Assembly (NCBI GenBank): GCA_031404095.1
Contig: JANNGY010000289.1
Coordinates: forward strand, 1 to 44,865
Direction: 5' to 3'
DNA from: Betaproteobacteria bacterium
GTDB lineage: Bacteria > Pseudomonadota > Gammaproteobacteria > Burkholderiales > Usitatibacteraceae
Length of the DNA: 44,865 bases
Under the pieces are notes generated by a model. That model ran no database searches. It had not been told where the DNA came from and saw nothing but the letters and a program-made list of their open reading frames with translations. Shown piece by piece: positions 34,012-44,841 of this stretch. The position numbers and the translations under genes are program-made. Position 1 is the first letter of the stretch. Each line of letters starts with the position of its first letter.

Positions 34012-34598
34012 GCAAGCACACCGATGCCTTCGTTGGCGAGCATGGTGATCAGTTGAATCAAGGGCAGGCCCACCAAGGCGGTGGGGTCGTCGCTTTGCAC
34101 GGAAGCGATCAGCGCGATGCCGAGGCCTTCCGATTTGGCGCTTCCAGCGCAGTCGAGCGCGTTCTCACGCTCCAGATAGTGCTCGATTTCGATGTCCGAG
34201 AAGTGCCGAAAGCGAACGGTTGTCGCAACGACGGTCGATTGCGCACGTCCGCTGTCGGCATCAACGAGCGCAATGCCGCTGTGGAACACCAGTATCTGCC
34301 CCCTCATCGCCCGCAGTTGGCGTCGGGCGCCATCGCGGGATCCCGGTTTGCCGATCGGCAGGCCATCGAGTTCGGCAACCTGGTCAGAACCGACAATGAG
34401 CGATCCCGGGTGCGCCGCACACACGCTTTTTGCCTTCGCCAAGGAAAGCCGCGATGCGGTTAGCGCCGGACCTTCGTGCGGCAAAGGAGACTCATCGACG
34501 TTTGGCTTCGTTATCCCGAAAGGGATCTGCAATCGCTTCAACAAATCGGCGCGGTAGCGAGAGGTCGAAGCCAGGACAATTTTCTTCTTCAAAATCAA
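34008..34598 (-). CDS. maf: Maf-family nucleoside triphosphate pyrophosphatase (YceF-type)
   Basis: 196 aa with IVLASTSRYR..LL, GSDQV, and KSEGLGIAL near the C-terminus. It is divergent from yceD-rpmF as in E. coli. Its stop overlaps the next gene's start by 4 nt. Confidence 0.85.
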   Translation of the reverse strand: MILKKKIVLASTSRYRADLLKRLQIPFGITKPNVDESPLPHEGPALTASRLSLAKAKSVCAAHPGSLIVGSDQVAELDGLPIGKPGSRDGARRQLRAMRGQILVFHSGIALVDADSGRAQSTVVATTVRFRHFSDIEIEHYLERENALDCAGSAKSEGLGIALIASVQSDDPTALVGLPLIQLITMLANEGIGVLA

Positions 34599-34662
34599 TC
34601 ACTTTTTGACTTTTTGTCGCCAAAATCATATCATGGCATCATGTCCAAAAAACAAAATCTGC

Positions 34663-35202
34663 ATGTCCACGATTATCCAGATTGATCGATTTACCCGTCA
34701 GAAGCAGTCCATTTCGGGGCATTTTGCCCCCGCGGAGTTGCGCCGCCTTGCGGAATGTCTGGCGGGAGACGAGGGTGAGATTTCATATTCGCTTGCCGGA
34801 AATGAGGCCACGGATGCGGCGGGTAGCCAAAAACGATGTGTTAAGTGTATAATTTCTGGTTGGATTTTGGTGCCTGACCCGGGCACTCTAAAACCGCGCA
34901 GATATGACTTGGCAATTGAAAGCAGGTTAGTGGTGGTGCGGAGCGAGTCCGAACTGCCGCCGCTTGAATTGGAATCTGCAGACGAGGATTACATCCTCTG
35001 CGGTGCCGAGATGAATGTGATGGAACGAATTGAGGAAGAAATCCTGCTCAATCTGCCAGTTGCCTTGGCGCGGCAACTCGAACCGGCGGAAAAATCGGCA
35101 AAGTCATCAACGCCTGTGAACGCGAAAGCGAAGAAGCCGGCAAGTGTGACCGTCGCGAAAAGTTCTCCCTTTGCCCGGCTGGCAGAACTGAAAAGGAGAT
35201 GA
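34663..35202 (+). CDS. yceD: YceD (DUF177) large-subunit ribosome maturation-associated protein
   Basis: The track ORF is 34606-35202 (TTG), and ATG 34663 is likely. It has the conserved position immediately upstream of rpmF and an acidic C-terminal half with a CxxC-like pair region. Confidence 0.8.
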   Translation: MSTIIQIDRFTRQKQSISGHFAPAELRRLAECLAGDEGEISYSLAGNEATDAAGSQKRCVKCIISGWILVPDPGTLKPRRYDLAIESRLVVVRSESELPPLELESADEDYILCGAEMNVMERIEEEILLNLPVALARQLEPAEKSAKSSTPVNAKAKKPASVTVAKSSPFARLAELKRR

Positions 35203-35263
35203 CGCAATGACAGCAACATCGGGCAAATTGAATTTGAAATTATATTGATTTAGGAGAAACACC

Positions 35264-35446
35264 ATGGCAGTCCAACAGAACAAGAAATCACCGTCAAAGC
35301 GTGGCATGCATCGCGCGCATGACTTTTTGACCACGCCGGCATTGGCCGTTGAGCCGACCACGGGTGAAACGCATCTTCGTCACCACATCAGTCCGACCGG
35401 ATATTACCGTGGCCGCAAGGTCATCAAGACCAAGGCCGACGAATAA
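35264..35446 (+). CDS. rpmF: 50S ribosomal protein L32
   Basis: 60 aa, [20 protein letters not shown]... Confidence 0.95.
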   Translation: MAVQQNKKSPSKRGMHRAHDFLTTPALAVEPTTGETHLRHHISPTGYYRGRKVIKTKADE

Positions 35447-35519
35447 GCCGCACAACAAAAATAGCAAAAATAAGTAGGTAAACTGCAGGAAAAGTCGTAG
35501 GAGGAGGCTTTTCCAATCT

Positions 35520-36590
35520 ATGCAGATAACCATTGCGATCGATGCGATGGGCGGTGATCACGGCCCATCGGCGACCATTCCGGCGGCACTTCAATTCCTC
35601 GGTCGTTCAAGCGATTGCCGGGTGTTGCTGGTCGGCAAGCCGGAGGCCATTCAAGCCGAGCTCAATCGTGCCCACGCCGGCAATGTCGTGGCGCGCGATT
35701 CGCCACGTCTGAAAATTATTGCCGCCACCGATGTGGTTGGCATGGACGAGGATATTCGCTCTGCCATTCGCAACAAGAAGAATTCTTCGATGCGAGTTGC
35801 CATCGACCTCGTGAAATCCGGCGAGGCAAATGCCTGCGTGTCGGCAGGCAATACCGGCGCGCTGATGGGCACCGCCAAATTCGTGCTGAAAACACTTCCC
35901 GGTATCGACCGGCCGGCCATTTGTGCGGCGTTGCCGACGCGGCACGGCGTTGTCTATGTGCTGGATCTCGGCGCCAATGCCCAGTGCACGCCCGAACACC
36001 TGCTGCAATTCGCGATTATGGGCGCGATGCTTTGCACTGCCGTTGAAGGCAAGCAGAATCCCACGGTTGGACTGTTGAATATCGGTTCGGAAGACATCAA
36101 GGGCAATGAAAGCGTCAAGGCGGCCGGTGAATTGCTTAGGGCCAGTCACCTCAATTTCTTCGGCAATATCGAAGGTACCGACATCTACAAAGGCACCACG
36201 GATGTCGTGGTGTGCGATGGATTCGTGGGCAACGTCATGCTGAAGACCTCGGAAGGCATGGCGAAAATGATGGGCGACTTCCTCAAGGCCGAATATGCGA
36301 ATGGCTTCTACAGCAAGTTGGCGGCGGCGATTTCCCTGCCGGTTATCAGGCGTTTTCGTCACCGAATGGATCACCGGCGATACAACGGTGCGGCATTGCT
36401 CGGGCTCAAGGGCGTGGTCGTAAAGAGTCACGGTTCAGCCGACGCCGTTTCGTTCTCGCACGCGCTGGGACGTGCGGCGACCGAGGTTGAGCATGGTTTG
36501 CTCGGGTTGATCACGGCGGAAATCGAGCGACTCCACACTGAAGGCATGTTGGTGCCGCAAAGTCCGGCGCCGGAGGTGGCGGCAGCATGA
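35520..36590 (+). CDS. plsX: Phosphate acyltransferase PlsX
   Basis: 356 aa with [33 protein letters not shown], and a strong AGGAGGAGG RBS. Confidence 0.95.
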   Translation: MQITIAIDAMGGDHGPSATIPAALQFLGRSSDCRVLLVGKPEAIQAELNRAHAGNVVARDSPRLKIIAATDVVGMDEDIRSAIRNKKNSSMRVAIDLVKSGEANACVSAGNTGALMGTAKFVLKTLPGIDRPAICAALPTRHGVVYVLDLGANAQCTPEHLLQFAIMGAMLCTAVEGKQNPTVGLLNIGSEDIKGNESVKAAGELLRASHLNFFGNIEGTDIYKGTTDVVVCDGFVGNVMLKTSEGMAKMMGDFLKAEYANGFYSKLAAAISLPVIRRFRHRMDHRRYNGAALLGLKGVVVKSHGSADAVSFSHALGRAATEVEHGLLGLITAEIERLHTEGMLVPQSPAPEVAAA

Positions 36591-37546
36591 TCTACTCGCG
36601 CATTATCGGTACTGGCTCCTACCTGCCTGATCGCGTTGTCACCAATCGCGACCTTGAGAAAATAGTCGACACCAATGATGAGTGGATAGTCTCCCGCACC
36701 GGCATTCGTGAACGTCACTACGCAGCCGACGACCAGAATGCGAGCGACCTCGCCCTCGACGCCTGCAAACGCGCCCTGCATGCGGCGCATGTTCACGCCA
36801 GTGAAATCGACCTGATTATTGTTGCGACATCGACGCCGGATATGGTGTTTCCGTCGACCGCCTGCATTCTCCAGGATAAATTGGGGATCAGGCACTCCGT
36901 GGCATTCGATATCCAGGCGGTTTGTTCGGGTTTTGTATTCGGGCTGGCGACCGCCGACCAGTTCATTCGCGGCGGATCGGCGAAGTGCGCGCTGGTAGTC
37001 GGAACGGAAGTGTTTTCGCGCATCATGAACTGGCAGGATCGCAGCACCTGCGTCCTGTTCGGTGATGGGGCGGGCGCCGTCGTGCTAAAGGTGTCGAACG
37101 CGCCGGGCATCCTGACAACGCACCTGCACACTGACGGCAGCTACCGGGATATGCTGTGTACGCCCGGAACCGTGGAGAACGGCAAAGTGCGCGGCAGCCC
37201 GGTGCTGACCATGGAAGGCGGCGCCGTTTACAAGTTTGCGGTCAAGGCTTTTGAGGAAGTGGCGTGGGAAGCATTGAACGCCAACGGTATGCAGCCTGAT
37301 GAAATAGACTGGTTTATCTGTCATCAGGCCAACCGGCGCATCATCATGCATGCGGCGAAGAAACTGGATTTGCCTGACGAAAAGGTCGTCGTGACGGTCG
37401 ACCGCCACGGCAACACGTCCGCCGCATCCATCCCGCTCGCGCTGGATACGACCGTGCGCGAAGGAAAAATCAAACCGGGCGACAATGTCCTGCTCGCGGC
37501 ACTCGGCGGCGGATTCGCCTGGGGCGCCGCGTTGCTGAAGTGGTGA
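36587..37546 (+). CDS. fabH: 3-oxoacyl-ACP synthase III
   Basis: 319 aa with the active-site C in [11 protein letters not shown], then HQAN and GNTSAAS. It overlaps the plsX stop. Confidence 0.95.
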   Translation: MIYSRIIGTGSYLPDRVVTNRDLEKIVDTNDEWIVSRTGIRERHYAADDQNASDLALDACKRALHAAHVHASEIDLIIVATSTPDMVFPSTACILQDKLGIRHSVAFDIQAVCSGFVFGLATADQFIRGGSAKCALVVGTEVFSRIMNWQDRSTCVLFGDGAGAVVLKVSNAPGILTTHLHTDGSYRDMLCTPGTVENGKVRGSPVLTMEGGAVYKFAVKAFEEVAWEALNANGMQPDEIDWFICHQANRRIIMHAAKKLDLPDEKVVVTVDRHGNTSAASIPLALDTTVREGKIKPGDNVLLAALGGGFAWGAALLKW

Positions 37547-38487
37547 TGCAAACCATGCCCGGATTCGCCATCGTTTTTGCCGGCCAGGGATCGCAATCGG
37601 TCGGCATGATGAACGGCTTCGCCGATTTGCCGGTGGTTCAGCGTACCTTTGAGGAAGCATCCGATGTTCTCGGCAATAACCTCTGGAAAATGATTGCCGA
37701 GGGGCCGGCGGAGCTGCAAAACCAGACTATCAACACCCAGCCGCTGATGTTGGCGGCTGGCGTGGCAACCTGGCGCGCCTGGCTCGAAAGGGGCGGACAG
37801 GCGGGCGTCTGTTTCGCCGGCCATAGTTTGGGGGAATATACGGCCCTCGTCGCTGCCGGGGTGCTGACCTTTACCGATGCCGTGTCAGTCGTGCGGCTGC
37901 GCGCGCAAGCGATGCAGGACGCTGTTCCGGAAGGCGTCGGGGGCATTGCGGCGGTGCTGGGACTCGACGTCGAGCAGGTTCGCGCTGTCTGTATCGACGC
38001 GGCGAATGGCGAAGTGCTGGAAGCGGTGAACCTCAATTCGCCGGGCCAGGTCGTTATCGCCGGGCACAGGACAGCCGTTGAGCGAGGCATGATCCTGGCG
38101 AAGGAGCGCGGCGCCAAGCGGGCGCTGTTGTTGCCGATGAGCGTGCCATCGCATTGTGCGCTGATGAAACCAGCCGCAGACAAATTGGCCGCCTTCCTGC
38201 GGGGTGTCACGTTCGCCGTTCCCGCCACGCCGGTGATCCAGAATGCCGACGTTGTCGCTTTCAGTTCGGTTGACGAAATCAAGCACGCGCTGTTCACGCA
38301 ACTGTTTCAGCCTGTGCGCTGGATTGAAACCATCCAGCAGCTTGCGACCCAGGGCGCTGAGATTGTTGTCGAGTGCGTACCGGGCAAGGTCCTCACCGGG
38401 CTCAACAAGCGCATCGATGGCACTCTTAACTGCCTCGCGATAACGGATACTGCCTCCCTGGATGCCGCCATTGCGGCCACCCGCTAG
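37546..38487 (+). CDS. fabD: Malonyl-CoA-ACP transacylase
   Basis: The track start is GTG 37540, and ATG 37546 overlaps the fabH stop (TGATG). Motifs are FAGQGSQ and GHSLGEY. Confidence 0.95.
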   Translation: MQTMPGFAIVFAGQGSQSVGMMNGFADLPVVQRTFEEASDVLGNNLWKMIAEGPAELQNQTINTQPLMLAAGVATWRAWLERGGQAGVCFAGHSLGEYTALVAAGVLTFTDAVSVVRLRAQAMQDAVPEGVGGIAAVLGLDVEQVRAVCIDAANGEVLEAVNLNSPGQVVIAGHRTAVERGMILAKERGAKRALLLPMSVPSHCALMKPAADKLAAFLRGVTFAVPATPVIQNADVVAFSSVDEIKHALFTQLFQPVRWIETIQQLATQGAEIVVECVPGKVLTGLNKRIDGTLNCLAITDTASLDAAIAATR

Positions 38488-38509
38488 ATAATTGCACGGA
38501 GCCCAAAAA

Positions 38510-39256
38510 ATGACAGGACTGGACGGAAAAATTGCCTTGGTAACGGGCGCCACTCGCGGAATCGGTGCGGCGATCCTGCAGTCATTGGGTGAGGCAGGGG
38601 CGACAGTCATCGGCACGGCGACCACGGAGGCGGGCGCCTTAGCCATTCAACAACGGATCGATGATGCCGGCTGGCAGGGCGCCGGCATGGCGCTGAACGT
38701 CACCGAGGCCGCGCAATGCGACGCAGTCATCAAGTCAATCGAGGATAAATTCGGCGCGGTGGGTATCCTGGTCAATAATGCCGGCATCACCCGCGATACG
38801 CTGCTGATGCGCATGAAGGATGAAGACTGGCAGGCAGTGATCGATACTGATCTTACGTCCGTATTTCGCCTGTCGCGCGCCGTGCTCAGGGGCATGATGA
38901 AAGCGCGCGGCGGCCGCATCATCAATATAAGTTCGGTGGTGGGATTCATGGGAAATCCTGGTCAGGTGAATTACGTCGCCGCAAAGGCTGGCATGGTCGG
39001 CTTCACGAAAGCGCTGGCGCGCGAAATTGGCAGTCGCAACATTACCGTCAACTGCGTGGCGCCGGGGTTTATCGAAACCGACATGACCAAATCACTGGCC
39101 GACACGCGAATCGCGAAATTGGTGGAGAATGTGCCGCTGGGTCGCTTGGGCAATGTCCGGGATATTGCCGAGGCGGTGCTCTACCTCGCATCGCCAGGCG
39201 CGTCATACGTCACGGGCAATACCATTCACGTCAACGGCGGGATGCACATGGAGTGA
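38510..39256 (+). CDS. fabG: 3-oxoacyl-ACP reductase
   Basis: The track start is 38492, and ATG 38510 gives MTGLDGKIALVTGATRGIG. The YVAAK catalytic motif is present. Confidence 0.95.
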   Translation: MTGLDGKIALVTGATRGIGAAILQSLGEAGATVIGTATTEAGALAIQQRIDDAGWQGAGMALNVTEAAQCDAVIKSIEDKFGAVGILVNNAGITRDTLLMRMKDEDWQAVIDTDLTSVFRLSRAVLRGMMKARGGRIINISSVVGFMGNPGQVNYVAAKAGMVGFTKALAREIGSRNITVNCVAPGFIETDMTKSLADTRIAKLVENVPLGRLGNVRDIAEAVLYLASPGASYVTGNTIHVNGGMHME

Positions 39257-39315
39257 TGATCGGTGGCGAGCGCATCCGGCGTACAGGCCGGTTCGCGAAT
39301 TGCAGTCGCAGTATT

Positions 39316-39324
39316 TGGTAAAAT
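39316..39324 (+). promoter_or_regulatory. Possible extended -10 element (TGGTAAAAT) for acpP
   Basis: A TGnTAAAAT-like sequence lies about 40 nt upstream of the acpP ATG. No convincing -35 element is present. Confidence 0.25.
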
Positions 39325-39365
39325 AGCGTTGTTTAATTTTTCACCCTTGTTGGAGGAAGCAGCAA

Positions 39366-39605
39366 ATGGATAACATCGAAGCGCGCGTCAAGAAAATCGT
39401 GGCGGAACAACTCGGCGTCGCCGAGGCCGACATCAAGAACGACTCGTCGTTCGTAGAAGACCTGGGCGCGGATTCGCTCGACAACGTTGAACTCGTGATG
39501 GCGCTTGAAGAAGAGTTCGAAACCGAAATCCCCGACGAGGCCGCCGAGAAGATCACCAACGTGCAGCAGGCGGTTGATTACATCATCGCCAACAGCAAGA
39601 AGTAA
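39366..39605 (+). CDS. acpP: Acyl carrier protein (housekeeping)
   Basis: 79 aa with the canonical [19 protein letters not shown] motif and a GGAGGAAG RBS. Confidence 0.97.
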   Translation: MDNIEARVKKIVAEQLGVAEADIKNDSSFVEDLGADSLDNVELVMALEEEFETEIPDEAAEKITNVQQAVDYIIANSKK

Positions 39606-39618
39606 TTCGTCTCAAGCC

Positions 39619-39652
39619 GGCCGTTCGCGAACGCGACGGCCAATTCTTTTTT
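39619..39652 (+). terminator. Rho-independent terminator/attenuator between acpP and fabF
   Basis: GGCCGTTCGCG-AA-CGCGACGGCC (about 10 bp with one bulge) is followed by AATTCTTTTTT. Confidence 0.65.
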
Positions 39653-39677
39653 CGCCCCTTAACTTTTCCCATCGGCC

Positions 39678-40913
39678 ATGTCTAAAAGACGCGTAGTGAT
39701 CACGGGTCTCGGAATCGTCTCGCCCATCGGCAACGGCATCGCCGAGGCATGGGACAATGCCATCAACGGGCGCGGCGGTATCGGGCCGATCACGCGATTC
39801 GATGCGTCCGCGCTGCCGACCCGTTTTGCCGGGGAAGTGAAGAACTTCAATCCGGCCGACTGGATGTCTGCCAAAGAAGTGCGGCGCATGGACGCTTTCA
39901 TCCATTACGGCGTTGCCGCGACCAAGATGGCCATCGATGACGCAGGACTGGTGGTGAGCGAGGAAAATGCCGAGCGCATCGGCGTCAATGTCGGTTCGGG
40001 AATCGGTGGCTTGCCGATGATCGAAGACAATATCCGGGAGATGATCGAGAAGGGGCCGCGGCGCATTTCGCCGTTTTTTGTCCCGGGTTCGATCGTCAAC
40101 ATGGTCGCCGGGCTGATATCCATCCATTACGGCCTCAAGGGGCCCAACGTGTCGATGGTGTCGGCATGCTCAACGTCAACCCATTGCATCGGCGAGGCGG
40201 CGCGTTTCATCGAGTACGGCGACGCCGACGTGATGATCGCCGGCGGGGCCGAGGCGTGTGTCAATATGTCCGGCATCGGCGGGTTCTGCTCGATCAAGGC
40301 GCTTTCCGAGCGCAACGATTCGCCAGAAACCGCCAGCCGCCCGTGGGACCGCGATCGCGATGGTTTCGTACTCGGTGAGGGCGCCGGCATCCTCGTGCTG
40401 GAATCTTTTGAGCATGCCAAGGCGCGCGGCGCCCGGATCTACGGCGAACTGGCAGGAATGGGTATGAGTGCCGACGCTTATCATATGACTTCGCCGAGCA
40501 TGGATGGGCCGCGCCGCGGCATGCTGGCCGCGCTGCGCAACGGCGCGGTGAACGCCGACGAGGTCCAGTACATCAACGCACATGGCACCTCTACGCCACT
40601 GGGCGACAAGAATGAAACCGATGCCCTGAAAGCCGCCTTTGGCGACCATGCCTACAAGATGGTGGTGAATTCCACCAAGTCCATGACCGGGCATTTGCTG
40701 GGCGCGGCGGGCGGTATCGAAGCCGTCTTTACGGCGCTGGCGGTGCATCATCAGATTTCCCCGCCGACCATCAATATCTTCAATCAGGACGCCGAGTGCG
40801 ATCTGGATTTCTGCGCCAACACGGCGCGCGACATGAAGATCGACGTGGCGCTGTCGAATTCATTTGGCTTCGGTGGCACCAACGGCACGATTGTCGTCAA
40901 GAAATTCGCCTAG
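39678..40913 (+). CDS. fabF: 3-oxoacyl-ACP synthase II
   Basis: 411 aa with RRVVITGLG, the active-site ACSTS, HGTSTP, and GH..GAAG. Confidence 0.95.
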   Translation: MSKRRVVITGLGIVSPIGNGIAEAWDNAINGRGGIGPITRFDASALPTRFAGEVKNFNPADWMSAKEVRRMDAFIHYGVAATKMAIDDAGLVVSEENAERIGVNVGSGIGGLPMIEDNIREMIEKGPRRISPFFVPGSIVNMVAGLISIHYGLKGPNVSMVSACSTSTHCIGEAARFIEYGDADVMIAGGAEACVNMSGIGGFCSIKALSERNDSPETASRPWDRDRDGFVLGEGAGILVLESFEHAKARGARIYGELAGMGMSADAYHMTSPSMDGPRRGMLAALRNGAVNADEVQYINAHGTSTPLGDKNETDALKAAFGDHAYKMVVNSTKSMTGHLLGAAGGIEAVFTALAVHHQISPPTINIFNQDAECDLDFCANTARDMKIDVALSNSFGFGGTNGTIVVKKFA

Positions 40914-40943
40914 GACACGATTGAACCTGGCCGCGCAGAAGCG

Positions 40944-41954
40944 ATGAAACGCGTTCTGGTCATGGGCGTCGGGCTGCTGTTTATGGCCGCAGCAGCGATC
41001 GCCGGGTGGCTCTATCTGTTCGCCAACAGTTCCCTTCCGTTGCCGCTTGCCCCGGCGGCGACGGCATTCGAATTTGCCGTGCGCCCCGGGGCGACCCTGA
41101 AAGGTCTGTCGCGGCAACTGGCAGATGCCGGGTTGCTGCCGGACTCGCAAAGCCTATGGCTGCTGGGGCGGATCACCAATCAGGCCACCGGCATCCAGGC
41201 CGGCAATTACCGCCTGGACAAGCCGGTCACGCCGCTTGCGCTGCTAAAGAAAATGAATGACGGCGATGTCATCCCGATCTCGCTGACATTTGTTGAAGGC
41301 ATCACGTTTGCCGAGATGCGCCGTCAGTTGGAAGGCGCCAACGAAATCAAGGTGACGCTAAAAGGGTTGTCGGACATTGAGGTGCTGAAGCGCATTGGCG
41401 CCACTGAAACCCATCCGGAAGGACTGTTCTTCCCTGATACCTACCGATTATCGGCCGGCGCCAGCGATCTGGAGTTGCTCAGGAAGAGTTACCAGGCGAT
41501 GCAGCGGAGGCTCGCCGACGCATGGATGCAACGCAATCCGGACCTGCCCTATGCCAGCCCTTACCAGGCATTGATCATGGCGTCCATTATCGAAAAGGAA
41601 ACTGGCCGGGCAGAGGAACGACCCCTGATCGGTTCAGTCTTCATCAACCGCCTGAAGATCCCCATGCGCCTGCAAACCGATCCCACGGTGATTTACGGCA
41701 TGGGCCGGGGATTCGACGGCAATATACGCAAGCGGGACCTGTCGACCGACACGCCTTACAACACCTATACCCGCGACGGCCTCCCGCCGACACCAATTGC
41801 GATGCCGGGAGGCGCGTCGCTGCTGGCCGCCGTAAAGCCGGCGCAATCCGACAAGCTATACTTTGTTGGCAAAGGCGACGGCAGCCACTATTTTTCGCGT
41901 TCCCTCGAAGAGCACAATCGCGCCGTGGCCAAGTATCAGCTCGGCAGGCAATAG
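40944..41954 (+). CDS. mltG: Endolytic murein transglycosylase MltG (YceG-like)
   Basis: 336 aa with an N-terminal TM segment, ASIIEKET, and TPYNTY...GLPP.PI..PG. Confidence 0.9.
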   Translation: MKRVLVMGVGLLFMAAAAIAGWLYLFANSSLPLPLAPAATAFEFAVRPGATLKGLSRQLADAGLLPDSQSLWLLGRITNQATGIQAGNYRLDKPVTPLALLKKMNDGDVIPISLTFVEGITFAEMRRQLEGANEIKVTLKGLSDIEVLKRIGATETHPEGLFFPDTYRLSAGASDLELLRKSYQAMQRRLADAWMQRNPDLPYASPYQALIMASIIEKETGRAEERPLIGSVFINRLKIPMRLQTDPTVIYGMGRGFDGNIRKRDLSTDTPYNTYTRDGLPPTPIAMPGGASLLAAVKPAQSDKLYFVGKGDGSHYFSRSLEEHNRAVAKYQLGRQ

Positions 41955-41973
41955 CAATCAATTATCGGATCGA

Positions 41974-42594
41974 ATGGCCGGAAAATTCATCACGCTGGAA
42001 GGCATTGACGGGGCAGGCAAATCCTCGCACCTGGCCTTTATCGCCGGCTGCATCGAAAGTCTGGGCCACGCCGTTCACGCCACGCGCGAGCCCGGCGGTA
42101 CGCCGCTGGGCGAAAAACTGCGCTCGCTGCTGCTCAATGAGAAAATGCACGGAGACACCGAAGCGCTGCTGATGTTCGCCTCGCGCCGTGAACAGCTGAA
42201 TGCCACGATCGAGCCGCTGCTGGAGAAAGGCACCTGGGTCGTTTGCGACCGATATACCGATTCCACCTATGCATACCAATGCGGCGGACGTGGTTTGCCG
42301 GAGGCGAGGGTGGCGATACTCGAGCAGTGGGTGCATGGCCATTTGCAGCCGGATATCACCCTGTTGTTCGATGCGCCGCTGGAAGTCGCGCGCGCACGCC
42401 TTGAAAAAGGCACCGCCAATCCCGACAAGTTTGAGCGCGAGCACAGCGAGTTTTTTGCGCGGGTGCGCAAGGCATACCTGCAACGGGCCGCGCAATTTCC
42501 CGAGCGTATCAAGGTCATCGATTCGGCGCGCAGTCACGCGGATATCCAGGCGGAACTCGACGCCTTGATCACTTCGATCTCCATCACGCGATGA
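41974..42594 (+). CDS. tmk: Thymidylate kinase
   Basis: The track ORF is 41863-42594. ATG 41974 gives [18 protein letters not shown] (P-loop). DRY is also present. Confidence 0.93.
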   Translation: MAGKFITLEGIDGAGKSSHLAFIAGCIESLGHAVHATREPGGTPLGEKLRSLLLNEKMHGDTEALLMFASRREQLNATIEPLLEKGTWVVCDRYTDSTYAYQCGGRGLPEARVAILEQWVHGHLQPDITLLFDAPLEVARARLEKGTANPDKFEREHSEFFARVRKAYLQRAAQFPERIKVIDSARSHADIQAELDALITSISITR

Positions 42595-43604
42595 GCATCG
42601 ACATACTGCCATGGCAGCTTGGCGCATTGACGGAATTGCTGGCGCGCCGCGACAGCCTCCCCCATGCCCTGCTGGTTTACGGCAAGCCAGGTATCGGCAA
42701 GGTGGAATTCGCGCGGGCCATGGCGCAATCGCTGCTGTGCGAATCGCCGCAGAATGGCCTTGCCTGCGGGCAGTGCCCGGCCTGCGGCTGGTTCCGTGAG
42801 GGCAACCACCCTGATTTTCGCGAACTCCTTCCCGAGTCCATGAACGATGAGGAGCCTGATACGGATGTCCTGGTCGATTCCGAGTCCAAGGAAAAGAAGA
42901 AGAGCAAGGAAATCAAGATCGAGCAGATTCGCGACCTTGCCGCGTTCATGACGCTTACCACGCATCGCGCCGGCTTTCGTGTCCTGCTGGTACATCCCGC
43001 CGAGGCGATGAATGCGGCCGCCGCCAATGCATTGTTGAAAACACTCGAGGAGCCGCCGCCCCAAACCGTGATCTTGCTCGTCACCGACCGGATTGGCCGG
43101 CTGCTGGCGACCATCAGGAGCCGCTGCCAGAAACTGTTGGTGCCGGCGCCTGATGAGGCAATGGCGTTACGGTGGCTGGAAACACAAGGCATGGCCGGTG
43201 CATCGGCCGCGCTGGCACAAGCCGGCGGCGCTCCGCTCGATGCGCGCGCTTTCGCGGATGCCGAATATCAATCCGGGCGCGAGGCATTCGTAAAAGTATT
43301 GTCCGACAGCAATGCCGACTATCTCGCCGCCGCGCAGGGATTCGAGAAGAGCGATCTGGTCAACGTGCTGACCTGGCTGCAGACCTGGGTCGGTGACCTC
43401 GCGCTGTCGCGAATGACCGGTGAAGTGCGGCATCACCTCGAGCAGAAAGCGGTGATATCGCGCATTGCGACGCGCATCAATCTGCCGGCGCTATTCCGCT
43501 ACGAATCGCAATTGCGCCAAGCCCGGCGCAGCATTCACCACCCCCTGAACGCGAGACTTTTGCTGGAACAGTTGCTAATATCGTACTCATTAGCCATTCG
43601 ATAG
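42591..43604 (+). CDS. holB: DNA polymerase III delta' subunit
   Basis: 337 aa with [13 protein letters not shown], a zinc module C..C..C, and a TxxRC-like SRCQ motif. It overlaps the tmk stop, and the tmk-holB-pilZ synteny is conserved. Confidence 0.85.
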   Translation: MSIDILPWQLGALTELLARRDSLPHALLVYGKPGIGKVEFARAMAQSLLCESPQNGLACGQCPACGWFREGNHPDFRELLPESMNDEEPDTDVLVDSESKEKKKSKEIKIEQIRDLAAFMTLTTHRAGFRVLLVHPAEAMNAAAANALLKTLEEPPPQTVILLVTDRIGRLLATIRSRCQKLLVPAPDEAMALRWLETQGMAGASAALAQAGGAPLDARAFADAEYQSGREAFVKVLSDSNADYLAAAQGFEKSDLVNVLTWLQTWVGDLALSRMTGEVRHHLEQKAVISRIATRINLPALFRYESQLRQARRSIHHPLNARLLLEQLLISYSLAIR

Positions 43605-43614
43605 CGGCACAAAG

Positions 43615-44001
43615 ATGAGTGCAGACAGCACCAGCGCCCCGGAATCCAACGTCACGCCGATCAAGCGTCCGGACGTCATTTCCCTAAACCTTAAAGGCAA
43701 GAGCGCCCTGTATGCCGCATGGATGCCGTTGCTGAAGGGCGGCGGACTGTTCATGCAAACCACCAAGGCGCACAAATTGGGCGACGAAATACTGGTGGTG
43801 CTGACGTTTCTCGAGGAGCCTACCAAGATCCCGATGTCGGGCGTGGTGGCGTGGATCAATCCGCCGCACGCTCAAGGCAATCGGCCGCAAGGCATCGGCA
43901 TTCGTTTGCCGGACAATGAAATCGGCAAGGAGCTGAAGAAGAAAATCGAGGGACTGCTGGCGCCGGTCGTCAAGTCCGACCGGCCCACCGCCACACTCTG
44001 A
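43615..44001 (+). CDS. pilZ: Type IV pilus assembly PilZ-domain protein
   Basis: 128 aa. The segments LYAAWMPLLKGGGLF, KLGDE, GVVAWINP..AQGNR.QGIG and SDRPT closely parallel PilZ of Pseudomonas and Xanthomonas. Confidence 0.85.
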   Translation: MSADSTSAPESNVTPIKRPDVISLNLKGKSALYAAWMPLLKGGGLFMQTTKAHKLGDEILVVLTFLEEPTKIPMSGVVAWINPPHAQGNRPQGIGIRLPDNEIGKELKKKIEGLLAPVVKSDRPTATL

Positions 44002-44022
44002 CCGGGCGCTGTCGCTGCCCTG

Positions 44023-44628
44023 TCAGGCGGCGCTCAAGTTGAATTTCGCCTGGTCCAGCCATTTACCGGCATCCGGCGCTTCCATCACCCGCAGTTTTTC
44101 AATCAACGTCCCGAGGTCGGCATCGACGCAAAGCGAGTCGCGATGCAAGTCGCGAAGGAAGCGCTCGTCGCGTGAATGATCAATAAATTGCACGAGGTGG
44201 TCGAAAAAACCGTCCACGTTCAACAATCCGACCGGCTTGCGGTGATAGCCGAGCTGTAGCCAGGTCAGCGCCTCGAACAGTTCATCGAGCGTTCCGTAGC
44301 CCCCCGGCAGGGCAATGAAGCCGTCGGAAAGTTCCGTCATCAACGCTTTGCGCTCATGCATATTGGCGACGACATGCATTTCGCTAATGCCATTGTGACC
44401 GACTTCCTTTTCCATCAGCAGTTGTGGAATCACGCCAATCACCGCGCCGCCGGCGGCCATGCAGGCGTCGGCCGCGACACCCATCAAGCCGACGCTTCCG
44501 CCGCCGTAAACCAGGCGAATATTCAACCCGGCAAGCGTCTTTCCAAAGTCATGGGCGGCCGCCCGGTAGACCGGATTGGAGCCGGGGCTGGAGCCGCAAA
44601 ACAGGCACAGCGATTCAAGTTTTTTCAT
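44023..44628 (-). CDS. LOG-family (TIGR00730-type) nucleotide phosphoribohydrolase
   Basis: 201 aa with CLFCGSS, VYGGGSVGLMG, and the PGGYGTLDE motif. Confidence 0.85.
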   Translation of the reverse strand: MKKLESLCLFCGSSPGSNPVYRAAAHDFGKTLAGLNIRLVYGGGSVGLMGVAADACMAAGGAVIGVIPQLLMEKEVGHNGISEMHVVANMHERKALMTELSDGFIALPGGYGTLDELFEALTWLQLGYHRKPVGLLNVDGFFDHLVQFIDHSRDERFLRDLHRDSLCVDADLGTLIEKLRVMEAPDAGKWLDQAKFNLSAA

Positions 44629-44641
44629 GACCCGATTATAG

Positions 44642-44660
44642 CGGGCGGCGCTGCCGCCCG
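44642..44660 (-). other. GC-rich hairpin CGGGCGGC-GCT-GCCGCCCG between the small ORF and the LOG gene
   Basis: An 8-bp perfect stem with a 3-nt loop. No T-run follows on the minus strand, so it is not a classical intrinsic terminator. Confidence 0.35.
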
Positions 44661-44667
44661 TCCCGGT

Positions 44668-44841
44668 CTAAACCTGCTGTACGGGTTTGTCGTCGGCGTC
44701 TTCCGCGTCCGGGGATTCGCTGGCGTCGTCGGCAGGCGGCACTTCGCCGGCAGCGAGTTTGCGCAGGCGTTTTTCTTCTTTTTTCGCCTTCTTGGCGAGT
44801 TCTTTCTGTCGTTTTGCGAAGTCGTAGTTGGGTTTGGCCAA
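44668..44841 (-). CDS. Small lysine-rich/acidic-tail protein (57 aa if TTG start), not in the ORF track
   Basis: Hand translation of the minus strand gives (L/M)AKPNYDFAKRQKELAKKAKKEEKRLRKLAAGEVPPADDASESPDAEDADDKPVQQV*. AAAGGA lies 7 nt upstream of TTG 44841. The frame stays open to the window end, so the gene could be longer. Confidence 0.4.
   Translation of the reverse strand: MAKPNYDFAKRQKELAKKAKKEEKRLRKLAAGEVPPADDASESPDAEDADDKPVQQV

Noticed and set aside
35607-38646. Minus-strand ORFs 35607-36431, 37085-37660, 37324-37824, 37638-38297 and 37885-38646.
   Set aside because: All lie antisense to plsX, fabH or fabD, whose identities are certain. They are a GC-driven artefact.
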